Shown: positions 37,016 to 47,048 of the stretch, one piece after another
How the letters are laid out: each line of letters opens with the position of its first letter
Numbering within the stretch: the stretch's first letter is position 1
Virus record (IMG/VR): IMGVR_UViG_3300028388_004484
Coordinates: 414 to 64,413 of that record
Length of the DNA: 64,000 nt
From: a virus
Lineage: Duplodnaviria; Caudoviricetes
Strand: one strand, 5' to 3'
Position numbers and translations under genes: made by a program
Notes under the pieces: generated by a model
The model's input: the letters and a program-made list of their open reading frames with translations, nothing else
What the model was told of the DNA's origin: nothing
Databases searched by the model: none

Positions 37016-37768
37016 ATGCAAGGCTTTAAACTTTTTAACAGCTATTTCGGCCGTCTTATCGACGACGGCGAAGGGACCGTTATTTACGGATTCGAAAACT
37101 TTACGCCGGACCGGCCAACGCCCCGGGAATTTCACGTTCCAAGCGATGGCGGCTGTTGGGGCTACGTTCATTCCGGGTCGATCGAATTAAATCCGGCCGG
37201 TGCAAAATATTCGATTACCGTACCCGAAGGCTTTTGGTTTTCGACGCCCGCCGGCTTTGTTGCGAAGGCAGAAACATGGGCGGGAAATTTCCGGGTGGCC
37301 GTATGGCAGCGGACCGGATATAAAGGGACCCTTTCCATGGGGCAATGGGAACCGGAAGGGCGCCTGAAATATATCGACGGCTGCAAAGATAGTATCCTTT
37401 ACGCTCCGATTAAAAAGGGCGATCCGTGCCTAAATGCGCTCTATATGCCGGAAGGTATAAACCAAACGATGCACACGCACCCTTCCACCCGGTCCGGCTT
37501 TATTATCGTCGGCGGCGCTGTTTGTGAAACGCCGGCCGGGAAAAATGAGATCGAACAACACCACTTGCGCACCGGGCAGATTTTCTATTTGAAAACGGAT
37601 CAGCTTCATAAATTCCGAAGCGACCACGGCCAGGATGTAACCATGAAGCTTATCGCCTATCATCCGGATAGTGACTTCGGGCCGGAGGATGAAAATCACC
37701 CGATGTTAAATAGAACCATCGTCGAAGGGGTATCAGCAAGCTTAATGCCAGAAATCCGAACAAAGTAA
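37016..37768 (+). CDS. cupin-domain protein
   Basis: QTMHTHPS..G.I..G and H.F cupin motifs. Confidence 0.75.
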   Translation: MQGFKLFNSYFGRLIDDGEGTVIYGFENFTPDRPTPREFHVPSDGGCWGYVHSGSIELNPAGAKYSITVPEGFWFSTPAGFVAKAETWAGNFRVAVWQRTGYKGTLSMGQWEPEGRLKYIDGCKDSILYAPIKKGDPCLNALYMPEGINQTMHTHPSTRSGFIIVGGAVCETPAGKNEIEQHHLRTGQIFYLKTDQLHKFRSDHGQDVTMKLIAYHPDSDFGPEDENHPMLNRTIVEGVSASLMPEIRTK

Positions 37769-37819
37769 AAAACGATCGGCCCGGGTCAATTTCGGCCCGG
37801 GCCAAATGAAAGTAAAAGC

Positions 37820-38992
37820 ATGAGGCGAAGAAAAGAAATAGAAAAAAATGTCTTTGAAGCAACAAAGGACCGGATCCGTTACCTTTATTCTCGCTTTGAT
37901 AACGTGGTCGTTTCTTTTTCGGGCGGGAAAGATTCGACGGCCGCGCTGCATATTACCCGGGAAGTGGCGAAGGAGTTGGGCCGCGGCCCGGTTCATGTCG
38001 TTTTCTTTGATGAAGAGGCTATTCACCCGCCGACTATCGAATATGTCGAAAGGGTCCGCAGGGAACCAGACGTAAAACTTGAATGGTATTGCCTGCCCCT
38101 TCAAAAAGTAAACGCCTGTTCTACAAAAAACCCCTATTGGTATCCGTGGAATCCTGAAAAAAAGGACCTATGGGTGCGCCCGCTTCCGGAAGATGTTATT
38201 ACGGATCATCCGCGCTTTAAGAAAGAACTTTCCTTCCAGGAGTTTTCGGAAGTCCTATTTTACGATATTCCGGAAAGCTTTGTTTTTGTTACCGGGGTCC
38301 GGGCGCAGGAATCCTACCGGCGGCAGCAGATCGTTTTAGCTAAAAAGAACGATAATTATATTTCTAGGCTTCGAAAAAATGTCGCACACGCTCACCCGCT
38401 TTACGACTGGAAAAGCGAAGATGTTTGGCGCCTCGTTACCGAAACCGGGATCGACTACAATAAGACCTACGATATTTTAAATAAAACGAAGCTATACAAT
38501 AGTTTGCTTTTCCAGCGTGTCGCGCCGCCTTACGGCCAGGAATCGATTCAGAATCTTTGGTTTTACGCCGAATGCTGGCCGGAAATGTGGCATAAGATGT
38601 TAAACCGCGTCCCCGGGGTAGCGACGGCGTGGAGATACGCGAAAACGGAACTTTATGGCGTCGGGGATTTTACGAAGCCCGAAGAATTGACATGGAAGCA
38701 GTACTTAAATGTTATCGTAAAAAGGTACGGGAATAAGGAACGGAAGATTATTCGGAGAAATATTAATGATATAATAAAGAAGCATTACGATAAAACAGAT
38801 TTAGCGATTCCGGAAGAAAGCAACCATCCGCTTACCGGCGTATGCTGGAAAGACCTTTGCAAAATTGCAACTAGGGGCGATCTAAAAGGCCGGGCCGCGA
38901 ACAACTTTGATCTTAAGGCGATCCGGGTCCGGGAAAAGTTGGGAATTGAATCATACGAAGAAGCGTTGAAAATTTATGGAAAAAAGAAGTAA
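37820..38992 (+). CDS. PAPS-reductase-like PP-loop protein (IbrA/YbdN-like)
   Basis: SFSGGKDS, FFDEEA, GVRAQESYRR, PLYDW...DVW, QRVAPPY. Confidence 0.88.
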   Translation: MRRRKEIEKNVFEATKDRIRYLYSRFDNVVVSFSGGKDSTAALHITREVAKELGRGPVHVVFFDEEAIHPPTIEYVERVRREPDVKLEWYCLPLQKVNACSTKNPYWYPWNPEKKDLWVRPLPEDVITDHPRFKKELSFQEFSEVLFYDIPESFVFVTGVRAQESYRRQQIVLAKKNDNYISRLRKNVAHAHPLYDWKSEDVWRLVTETGIDYNKTYDILNKTKLYNSLLFQRVAPPYGQESIQNLWFYAECWPEMWHKMLNRVPGVATAWRYAKTELYGVGDFTKPEELTWKQYLNVIVKRYGNKERKIIRRNINDIIKKHYDKTDLAIPEESNHPLTGVCWKDLCKIATRGDLKGRAANNFDLKAIRVREKLGIESYEEALKIYGKKK

Positions 38993-39491
38993 AGAAAATC
39001 AGCCGGTTAATAATGTGATCTGGCGGCACCGATCGGAATTAAAGCCAAACGGCTATAACCCTAACGTGGTCGCACCGCCGGAGCTTGAATTACTGAAAAT
39101 TTCGATCCTTGAAGATGGGTGGACTCAGCCGATCGTTATTAACTCTGATAACGAAATCGTAGACGGTTTTCACCGTTGGACTGTGTCCGGCCACCAAGAA
39201 GTTTTCGCCATGACTTCCGGAATGGTCCCTACGGTAACGATTATTCCAAAGGATAACGAAAGCCAGCAGATGGCTACCATACGGCATAACCGCGCCCGGG
39301 GAACGCACGCCGTTTTGAAGATGGCCGATATTGTAGGCGACATGGTCCGGGAAGGAATTTCGGTCGAAGAAATCATGGCCCGGCTAAAAATGGAAGAAGA
39401 AGAAGTTATCCGACTGGCGAATCGAAAAGGGATCCCAGAAAGCGACCTTATCCGGAATTCTGGTTGGTCGAACGCATGGATACCTGAATAA
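38976..39491 (+). CDS. ParB-like protein (IbrB/YbdM-like)
   Basis: NGYNPNVVAPPE, DGWTQPIV, VDGFHR, ATIRHNRARG. Confidence 0.9.
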   Translation: MEKRSKENQPVNNVIWRHRSELKPNGYNPNVVAPPELELLKISILEDGWTQPIVINSDNEIVDGFHRWTVSGHQEVFAMTSGMVPTVTIIPKDNESQQMATIRHNRARGTHAVLKMADIVGDMVREGISVEEIMARLKMEEEEVIRLANRKGIPESDLIRNSGWSNAWIPE

Positions 39492-39502
39492 AAAAATGGA
39501 TT

Positions 39503-40042
39503 ATGAAAAAGGGAACACGATTAACGAAGAAGAAAAAAATAGCAATCGCCGAAGCTATCTGCGCGAAGTATTCGACGGGTAAATATACGCTTCAAAGTTG
39601 CTGTAAATCGGAAGGTTTGGTCGATACTACCTTTTATTCGTGGTCGAAACAGATACCGGAAGTTGGGGCCGCTTTTAAAAAGGCACAGGAAGCCGCCAGG
39701 GCGAACGAATTTGAAGAACTAAGGGAAATATCCAGAACTACCCTAAAGAAGCGCCTACAGGGATACACGGTAACGGAAAAGAAAACTTTGTACGTTCCAA
39801 GCAAGGACGGGGAACCGGAAATCCGAAGCAGCGAAGTAAGAGAAAAGTATATTCCGCCTTCCGATACGGCCCTTATCTTTTTCCTTACGAATAAAGATCC
39901 GGAAAATTTCAAGCATCGCCGTGCGGTCGAAGTATCCGGCGAACTTAGCACCGGTTCGACTGTTGACTTTTCGAAGCTTTCTGATGAACAAGTCAACCAG
40001 CTTTTAGAAATCTTTGAAAGTCAAAACGGCGATAATGAATGA
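39503..40042 (+). CDS. terS: terminase small subunit
   Basis: HTH, PPSDTALIFFLTNKDP motif; precedes TerL. Confidence 0.8.
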   Translation: MKKGTRLTKKKKIAIAEAICAKYSTGKYTLQSCCKSEGLVDTTFYSWSKQIPEVGAAFKKAQEAARANEFEELREISRTTLKKRLQGYTVTEKKTLYVPSKDGEPEIRSSEVREKYIPPSDTALIFFLTNKDPENFKHRRAVEVSGELSTGSTVDFSKLSDEQVNQLLEIFESQNGDNE

Positions 40043-41517
40043 CGGGGGAAAAGGCGATAAGTATGGTTATTGGCGGCGCCGCGGAGGGTTACCGGCGGTC
40101 CTACTATCGTTTTTTTAAAGGCTTTTGGTCGACGGTTTCCGAAGAAAAATTTGTAGAAGGCCCACATATACGGGTTATCTGCGATGAACTGCAAAAGATA
40201 GGCGAAAAGGTAATTAACCGGCAGCCTAAAGATTACGACCTAATAATCAATGTTCCACCGGGTTCTTCGAAGTCGACAATGGCGACGGTTCTTTTCCCGG
40301 TTTGGTTATGGGTAAATGACCCTTCCCTTCGTACAATTTCCGGATCCTTCGACGGCGGCCTTTCAATGTTCCATGCGCAGCTTTCGAAAGACTGCATAGG
40401 AAGCGACTTATTTCAACGCCTTTTTCCAGGCGTCATTGAAATCCGAAAAGACGTAGATGCCAAAAGCTTCTACATGAACACTTCCGGCGGATTCCGGAAA
40501 ACGACTTCGACGGGCGCTAACATCACCGGGCAGCACGCCCATCTTATCATTGTCGACGACCCATTAAACCCGAAAGCCGCAAAATCGGAAAAGATCCTTC
40601 CTTCTGCTTCCGAATGGATCGACAAAACACTGTCGACCCGGAAAATAGATAAAGCGAATACCCCTATTATTTTAATCATGCAGCGCCTGCATGAACTTGA
40701 CCCGGCCGGAAATTGGATTAAGAAGGCCGAAGAAAGCGGAAAGCGGATCCGCCACATTTGCCTTCCGGCAACATCTGATTATCCGGTCCTGCCGGAAGAA
40801 TTAAGCAAAATTTATACCGACGGCTTCCTTGACCCGGTTCGCTTGGGTCCGAAAGTCCTGTCGGAAGCAAAAACCGATTTAGGAAGTAGGGAATATGCCG
40901 GGCAGTACGGGCAACAGCCGGCGGCCCTGGAAGGGAATATTATCCTTCGGGAATGGTTGCCGGTTCTACCCTACCATAAAGCGCCGGCCGGCGCCCGGAA
41001 GGCCCTAAAGGAATTCGTGGCCGATACGGCCTATAAAGAAAAGACCGAAAATGATCCTTCCGGGATCCTTTGCTATTCGGAGTTTAAAGGATACGTTTTC
41101 TTATGGGATTATGTCGAAGTACGGGCTTCCTTCGGGAAGCTTATTAATACGATGACGGCCTTTATCGAAGAACACGGAACGCGCCGCTTCGATGCCGGCC
41201 CTGTAACGTCGCCGGTTTATATCGAACCGAAGGCAAGCGGAACTTCAATCTTTCAGTACCTGCGCGACTATACCGCGCTTAACGTCGCAGAATGGAAGAT
41301 GCCCGAAGGCGACAAAATCGCCCGGGTAAATTCTATATCGCATATCCTGGAAACAAAGCGTGTCGTCCTGGTCGAAGGTCCATGGAACGAATCCTTTATC
41401 GACCAATGCGCCCGCTTTCCGGACGGCGCCCACGACGAATGCGTCGATACCCTGGTCATGGCGACGGTGAACGCGAAGCTACGGCCGCGAACTACCGGAT
41501 ATTCCTATACTAAGTAA
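40039..41517 (+). CDS. terL: terminase large subunit
   Basis: INVPPGSSKS, IIVDDP, IMQRLHELD, QYGQQP, FPDGAHDECVD. Confidence 0.93.
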   Translation: MTGEKAISMVIGGAAEGYRRSYYRFFKGFWSTVSEEKFVEGPHIRVICDELQKIGEKVINRQPKDYDLIINVPPGSSKSTMATVLFPVWLWVNDPSLRTISGSFDGGLSMFHAQLSKDCIGSDLFQRLFPGVIEIRKDVDAKSFYMNTSGGFRKTTSTGANITGQHAHLIIVDDPLNPKAAKSEKILPSASEWIDKTLSTRKIDKANTPIILIMQRLHELDPAGNWIKKAEESGKRIRHICLPATSDYPVLPEELSKIYTDGFLDPVRLGPKVLSEAKTDLGSREYAGQYGQQPAALEGNIILREWLPVLPYHKAPAGARKALKEFVADTAYKEKTENDPSGILCYSEFKGYVFLWDYVEVRASFGKLINTMTAFIEEHGTRRFDAGPVTSPVYIEPKASGTSIFQYLRDYTALNVAEWKMPEGDKIARVNSISHILETKRVVLVEGPWNESFIDQCARFPDGAHDECVDTLVMATVNAKLRPRTTGYSYTK

Positions 41518-41625
41518 AAAAAAGTCAAAATATTTTGAAAATAATGTCAAAAAAAATTGACTATTAGAAAAACAAGCAGTACTTTTGAATCATCGAAAGA
41601 AATTAAAAAAAACAAAAAGCGAGTT

Positions 41626-42054
41626 ATGAAAAATTTCAACGACAAAATCCGGAAGTTCGACGAAACAACCAAAATAGAAATCCGAAAGCTGGAAAACTTC
41701 ATTTACGAAGCGGAACGCGCCGCGAATACGGCTTGTCAAAACTTCGACCACTTTTTCGGTCTTGGGCGCTTCCTTCCCGGCGCGAACCTTAAGGATATGA
41801 AAAAGAAAGCCGCGGCCGAAGCTTACCGTCTTTCCGAAAAGGCAAAATTAGGCTTCGAATTTTTCGAACTCCTAGAAGCGGATAAAGAATTTTTGCGCGC
41901 CGTTATTTTCGAAGCGATTGAAACGATAAATTATCCGCTTATCAAAGAAGCGAAGTCGAAAATTGAAACCTACAAAAAAGAACGGAAGGCGGCCCGGGAA
42001 GAACTTCTTTCTTCGGCGCCCTTAGCCCTTAAGATGGCATACGGACTTATCTAA
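41626..42054 (+). CDS. hypothetical early protein (start probably 41626)
   Basis: class A promoter at 41545, leader AAAAGCGAGTT-ATG. Confidence 0.65.
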   Translation: MKNFNDKIRKFDETTKIEIRKLENFIYEAERAANTACQNFDHFFGLGRFLPGANLKDMKKKAAAEAYRLSEKAKLGFEFFELLEADKEFLRAVIFEAIETINYPLIKEAKSKIETYKKERKAAREELLSSAPLALKMAYGLI

Positions 42055-42083
42055 TTATTATTAATATCTAAAAGCGAGTTAAG

Positions 42084-42395
42084 ATGAAAAAGCAAGTAAT
42101 TAATAAAGCAAATTGGTCGGGCGAATCCGCCGAAATTCAATTTTCAGAACCTACCGTTGAAAACCCCGGCCGACTGGTAATTCCAGACCTTGACCTTGAC
42201 CTTATTCTTAAGGTAGAAAGCCTTTTGGAAAATAACGACTGGATTAAGGCCTACGACGGCGACGAATTAATCGCGCACGCATTCGAAGTCGACCCCGGGG
42301 AATGGATTGCAAGTACTTCTTCCTTAAAAGACTTTCACCGTGTGGGTAAAAACCCCTACGTTGTCATTTCGGAAATCCTTTTCAACATCATCTAA
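42084..42395 (+). CDS. hypothetical early protein
   Basis: leader motif; weakly similar to the next ORF. Confidence 0.65.
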   Translation: MKKQVINKANWSGESAEIQFSEPTVENPGRLVIPDLDLDLILKVESLLENNDWIKAYDGDELIAHAFEVDPGEWIASTSSLKDFHRVGKNPYVVISEILFNII

Positions 42396-42724
42396 TGAGA
42401 ACCGAAAAAATAGAAATCAAAATGGCGCCCGTTGGTTATGTTTCCGTAACTGCCCGCCGGGCGCCCGGAAGCGAAGCCGGGACCCTGGAAATTTCGGGCC
42501 TGGGCAGCTTCGACGTCCGGTATAAGGAATTCTTAACCGGCGCTAAGATAATCGAAGCACATCACCAGGAAACCCAAACCCTTATAGCCGAAGCGTACAA
42601 ATGGACTTTCTTCGCCGAATGGTGCGCTACGGATCCGGAAGCCGATACCGACTTCTGGCACCCTCACCCCTACGGCGCCCTGGCGATAGCGATTGTTCAT
42701 GTTCATATTGGTAAAAATCAATAA
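42395..42724 (+). CDS. hypothetical early protein
   Basis: TAATG coupling. Confidence 0.6.
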   Translation: MRTEKIEIKMAPVGYVSVTARRAPGSEAGTLEISGLGSFDVRYKEFLTGAKIIEAHHQETQTLIAEAYKWTFFAEWCATDPEADTDFWHPHPYGALAIAIVHVHIGKNQ

Positions 42725-42781
42725 TTATGAAAGACAAAAAAATTGGAATCCGTTAATTTTTTCACCAAATAGTAAGTTATT

Positions 42782-43039
42782 ATGAACCGTAAAGAAGTTA
42801 AAGATTTATCCCCAAAAGTCACCCGGTGCATCCGGAAGCGTATCCCTGGGATGTCAGCGGCCCTAACGAATGCCGTGTCGGCGCATAGCCGGGTCCGTGG
42901 CGGTCGGATGCCGGGCCGGTATAAACTACCGGAAGAACTGACAGAACGCCTTAGATCGGCCGGAATCGAAGATCTGTACTTGGAACTTCGGCCGAAGAAA
43001 CCCCGTGGCCTTCTTATCGCCTTCCCTTCCGAAAGGTAG
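42782..43039 (+). CDS. hypothetical basic protein
   Basis: ORF followed by a terminator. Confidence 0.5.
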   Translation: MNRKEVKDLSPKVTRCIRKRIPGMSAALTNAVSAHSRVRGGRMPGRYKLPEELTERLRSAGIEDLYLELRPKKPRGLLIAFPSER

Positions 43040-43187
43040 GACCAAAAGAAAAAGCCTGTCGGATCCTTCCCGGCAGGTTTTTTTTAATCTTTTTGTCAAA
43101 AAGCTTTGACGTATCAAAAAATAGCATTACTTTTGAATCATCGAAGGAAACAAAAAAAATCATTATTAACCTTTAAAGCAAGTTGAA

Positions 43188-43655
43188 ATGAAAGGAGTAA
43201 ACACCGCAGGAACTAAGAAGCTTTACAAACTTTACGCCGCAGCTGTTAAAAACGGTGGTTTCCTGGAAATTGATAATAACGGCCCGGATTCCGGTTTTAT
43301 GCCGGTAACGGTCCGGATCCTTCCGAAGGAAGGCCGGTTTTACCGTTTTTCGGTCGCGCATAATTACGTCCAAAACGGGGACGTAATGAACGACCCCGAA
43401 ATGACTTTCGTTTTTCCCGACTTTACGGAAAAATACGCCGAATCCGAAGATTGGGGATTTGTTTGGATCGGTCCGGCTACCTTCCGCCAGGATAATATGG
43501 GGCTTTACGGATCCTTCCTTTTCTTAGATGAAAAAGGCGAAGGGGTCAAAAGTTATCGGCCCCGTATGTACGAAGATAACCGGGTTTTTGCTGGTCAGTG
43601 GATGTCGAATATCTGGAATCAGCAAAGTTTAAGCCGGGCGAAGAACCGAATTTAA
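43188..43655 (+). CDS. DUF6908/DUF1249-like protein
   Basis: SVAHNYVQNGDVMNDPEMTF motif. Confidence 0.6.
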   Translation: MKGVNTAGTKKLYKLYAAAVKNGGFLEIDNNGPDSGFMPVTVRILPKEGRFYRFSVAHNYVQNGDVMNDPEMTFVFPDFTEKYAESEDWGFVWIGPATFRQDNMGLYGSFLFLDEKGEGVKSYRPRMYEDNRVFAGQWMSNIWNQQSLSRAKNRI

Positions 43656-43904
43656 GCCCGCCGGCCGGATCCGGAAAGGGTGCCTTCGGGCGCCCTTTTT
43701 TTTTCTTCCTTTTCTTCCTTTTGGAAGGAACGGCAGAAACGGCACGAAAAAAAAATACTACATTTGCGAAAAATATTTGTCAAAATATTTGGACAAATAA
43801 AAGGAAAGCACTAATTTAGTATCATCAAAGGAAATAAGGCTACGAAGGTAGCCAGGGGGATTTCTCCCAGCGGCGGCCCGCCGGTCAGGGCAAATTTTCC
43901 GATC

Positions 43905-44201
43905 ATGTCGAATTTCACTTCCGATGGACGCCTAACTTCAGAAGCCGCGCAAAAATTTTCGCGGAAGGTAATCAACGCCACGAAGCCTTTCGTGCGCGAA
44001 AACCCTCGCAGAGTTGTAATAGCTGCCGTGTCGGCCTACATGCAGCAGGAATTTTCGTTCGGTCGTAGCCTTTGCGACGTAATCGCCGTTAAAGCCTACG
44101 AAGAAGCCCTGGCGGAAATCGAAGCCTACGAAGCGGGACAGGCCGTCATCGACGAAGCCCTGGAAGATTCTTTCGAAAACCTTCCGGAAGATGCCTTTTA
44201 G
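43905..44201 (+). CDS. hypothetical early protein
   Basis: class A promoter at 43778; terminator at 44221. Confidence 0.6.
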   Translation: MSNFTSDGRLTSEAAQKFSRKVINATKPFVRENPRRVVIAAVSAYMQQEFSFGRSLCDVIAVKAYEEALAEIEAYEAGQAVIDEALEDSFENLPEDAF

Positions 44202-44245
44202 GCGGATCCGGCTTCGGGAAGGGCGCCTTCGGGCGCTTTTTTTTT

Positions 44246-44311
44246 CCTGTCCTTCCCTGTCCTTCCTTGCGCTTCCCTGCGCTTCCCTGCGCTTCTATGC
44301 GCTTCCTTGCG
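44246..44311 (+). repeat. 10 bp-period tandem repeat (TGCGCTTCCC-like, about 6.5 copies)
   Basis: read directly. Confidence 0.8.
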
Positions 44312-44453
44312 AATTAATGGGATCTAATATCCGCACGAAAAAAATCATTTTTTTGAAAATATTTGTCAAAATATTTGGACAAACAAAAGGAAAGCATTAA
44401 CTTAGTATCATCAAAGAAACAAAAGAGATTTTTTAAACAAAAAGCGAGTTAAG

Positions 44454-44756
44454 ATGAAAATTTCAGCACATTTCCAACAGGTTTACCGGTCCGAAATCGA
44501 AAAGCCAGAATTCGAAAAGGCGGTTTTTTACGCCATGGGTTGGATCGAATCTAAAATGGAAGCCCGCGAATTCCAGGACCATTTTTCAGGCCTTGAAGGA
44601 CCGGCTTATAAAGAAGCGGCGTATACCTTCTTCGCGGAAGGGATCCAAACCCTTACTTCCCTTATTATGGCTATCGAAATGAACTTTCCGCATCAGACGG
44701 AAGCATTCGAAGAAGCGGCCGCCCTGGTCGCTATCGAAACGCTTTTCGGAGTATAA
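44454..44756 (+). CDS. hypothetical early protein
   Basis: promoter-leader-ORF-terminator unit. Confidence 0.65.
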   Translation: MKISAHFQQVYRSEIEKPEFEKAVFYAMGWIESKMEAREFQDHFSGLEGPAYKEAAYTFFAEGIQTLTSLIMAIEMNFPHQTEAFEEAAALVAIETLFGV

Positions 44757-44761
44757 AAAAC

Positions 44762-44787
44762 GGGGCGCCTTCGGGCGCCTTTTTTTT
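44762..44787 (+). terminator. UUCG terminator of a repeated family (also near 34473, 43678, 44221)
   Basis: GGCGCC-TTCG-GGCGCC plus T run. Confidence 0.8.
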
Positions 44788-44895
44788 CGACCTTTTTTAA
44801 AAATAGTTGTCAAAAAATTTGGACAATTAAGAGAAAAGCACTAATTTAGTATCATCAAAGAAACAAAGGATATTTTCAACTAAAAGCGAGTTAAA

Positions 44896-45468
44896 ATGAA
44901 AGTTACAAAGTCAGTCTTATTAAGTCGCAAACAAGTTACCGAAATCCCCGGCCGGCCGGAATTAAAAATCGGCGCTGAATTCATTTCTACGCATAGCGAC
45001 GGGAAAGTTATCCGCGAAAAAGTCTATTCGCTGATTAAGAAGGTTTGGATTGATTCTAACCTTTATTACGATTGGGAAAATACCGAATACATGGTCGTTT
45101 GTGAATCCGCCTGCGTTTACTACCCTTCCGAAATCGAACCCGAAGAAGTTTTCCCCGAACTTAGCATTAGCCCCGGCGAAGTAAAAGCCCTGGGCCGGAT
45201 CCTTTCCGAAGAACTTTTGGAAGTCGACGAATACTTTTCCCGCGAATTATCCCTTGACGGATCCGGGGACTGCTTCGCGGAAGTAGAAGCTGCGCAGGCC
45301 CGGACGGAAGCGAGGGTTATTAAAATCATGCTTGACCGCTTCGGCGTCGCCGGCGAACGGAAAGCCCTTTTCCATACCTTCGGCCTTTACTATGATCTTC
45401 ATTATAGCTTAGGAAAGGTTTCTTATAAGCCCTGGGAAGTAGCTTTTACCTTCCTTTGGGAAGAATAA
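44896..45468 (+). CDS. hypothetical early protein
   Basis: class A promoter at 44808, leader motif. Confidence 0.65.
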   Translation: MKVTKSVLLSRKQVTEIPGRPELKIGAEFISTHSDGKVIREKVYSLIKKVWIDSNLYYDWENTEYMVVCESACVYYPSEIEPEEVFPELSISPGEVKALGRILSEELLEVDEYFSRELSLDGSGDCFAEVEAAQARTEARVIKIMLDRFGVAGERKALFHTFGLYYDLHYSLGKVSYKPWEVAFTFLWEE

Positions 45469-45526
45469 TTTTTCAACCCGGACCCTATAAACGACCTTTA
45501 CTTTTTCACCTTAAAAATTACCTATC

Positions 45527-46000
45527 ATGAAATTTTCGAATATAATTGCCGATAAAAAGGAAGCTTCAATTTTACGGGGCGCCCTTTTGGAAGCCTTCCC
45601 GACAATCAACAATATGACTATAACGCCTGGATCTTTCGGCCGCGTGTTTATCTTCGGCTTTAACGATGCGCAGCGCCTTGCGACTTCGATTCGATCTTTA
45701 GGCCTGGAAGCCGACGTTTCGACCAGGAACGGCGAATTAACCAACGGTATGTACCAGGTATCTTTTGATCTTTTCGTCCCCTGGGCGCGTCGTGACCGCG
45801 CTCTGTTCTATTTTTTGGCTTCCCGCGGTTACTGCATGAACTTGCACGGCGATATTTTAAACCGCGACCGGGAAAAGCTTTTAGACGACTACCGGCGCGG
45901 CCGGACGACGGCGCGGATGATCCGGGAAGCCCTGGCAGAAGCTGACCGCCTGGAACTTGGCGACAAATTTTTTCGGGAATACGTTTTGAAAAATCTTTAG
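45527..46000 (+). CDS. hypothetical protein
   Basis: ORF. Confidence 0.6.
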   Translation: MKFSNIIADKKEASILRGALLEAFPTINNMTITPGSFGRVFIFGFNDAQRLATSIRSLGLEADVSTRNGELTNGMYQVSFDLFVPWARRDRALFYFLASRGYCMNLHGDILNRDREKLLDDYRRGRTTARMIREALAEADRLELGDKFFREYVLKNL

Positions 46001-46041
46001 GTCCGGCGCCGGCGCCGTATCTTTATCAAAATTTACTGACC

Positions 46042-46269
46042 ATGTTTTACTGTCTATATCATGCCGAAGAACTGCCCGAAGAAGGGATCGAACGCGACCG
46101 ATGGATGATAAAGGCCCGGCCACGCGGCCCTTTTGTGAAAAAAGAAAATGCGGAAGATGCCGGGCGGCGGCGGGCGGCGCGGCGCGGTGGTTCATACGTC
46201 GTATATGAATGTTCCGACCTGATAAGAGCCTGGCGCATTGCTAGGAAAAAAATCTATCCTTCTAATTAA
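46042..46269 (+). CDS. hypothetical protein
   Basis: ORF ending at the antisense seed and terminator. Confidence 0.5.
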   Translation: MFYCLYHAEELPEEGIERDRWMIKARPRGPFVKKENAEDAGRRRAARRGGSYVVYECSDLIRAWRIARKKIYPSN

Positions 46270-46280
46270 CTCGCTTTTCG

Positions 46281-46310
46281 GCCCGCATGAAAAATGCGGG
46301 CTTTTTTTTT
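46281..46310 (+). terminator. intrinsic terminator preceded by an antisense leader copy
   Basis: GCCCGCAT/ATGCGGGC plus T9. Confidence 0.8.
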
Positions 46311-46420
46311 GATCTTTCCAAAAAATAACTGTCCAAATATTTTGACAATTAAGGGAAAAGCACTAATTTAGTATCATCAAAGGAACAAAAGAGATTTTAA
46401 AACCTTAAAAGCAAGTTGAG

Positions 46421-46780
46421 ATGATAATTATTTCTCATTCCTTATTCCGAAGCGAAACGGCCGATAATCGGCCTTACGCTACCCTTTCCACTACTGTTAC
46501 CCTTCCGAATAATACCGGATACGAAATTACGGAAACGATTATCGGATCCGGATCCGGATCCCTTCGGGTTCGTTTCCTTCGCGGTGGGCAACTGAATTCC
46601 GCTTCCCGGGCCTACCGGGGTGTAGGTTATATCGGGACCCCTTTTGCTTCCTGGAAAGCGATCCGGGAAAAGTATTCCGGCCTTCGGAAAGGTGGGATCA
46701 TGGAAGAAGTCCGGGAAGCGCACGGCGATCAAAAAAGCCGGATCCTTTCCGAAATCGTCCAGCCGGGACCGTCGAAATAA
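46421..46780 (+). CDS. hypothetical early protein
   Basis: class A promoter at 46330, leader motif. Confidence 0.6.
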   Translation: MIIISHSLFRSETADNRPYATLSTTVTLPNNTGYEITETIIGSGSGSLRVRFLRGGQLNSASRAYRGVGYIGTPFASWKAIREKYSGLRKGGIMEEVREAHGDQKSRILSEIVQPGPSK

Positions 46781-46821
46781 ATTAAAGGGGCTTCGGCCCC
46801 GAACTTTAAAAGCCTGGAATC

Positions 46822-47028
46822 ATGCCTAAAAGAGTTAAGTATCAAAATTTTGAAGTTACCGGGGAAGAACCTTATTACCCCGGGGAATTTTTTTCCGTAG
46901 TTGTTGCTGCCCGTAACGCTGCGCACGCGCGCCGGTATATTCGCTGGTTGCACGACCTGGAAAGAAGCATAAAGCTTTCGGCTGTTCCTACGGATGCCGA
47001 AGCGACCGAAGAAGCAGACAGATTTTAA
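46822..47028 (+). CDS. hypothetical protein
   Basis: ORF. Confidence 0.5.
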   Translation: MPKRVKYQNFEVTGEEPYYPGEFFSVVVAARNAAHARRYIRWLHDLERSIKLSAVPTDAEATEEADRF

Positions 47029-47048
47029 AACCTTAAAAGCGAGTTAAG

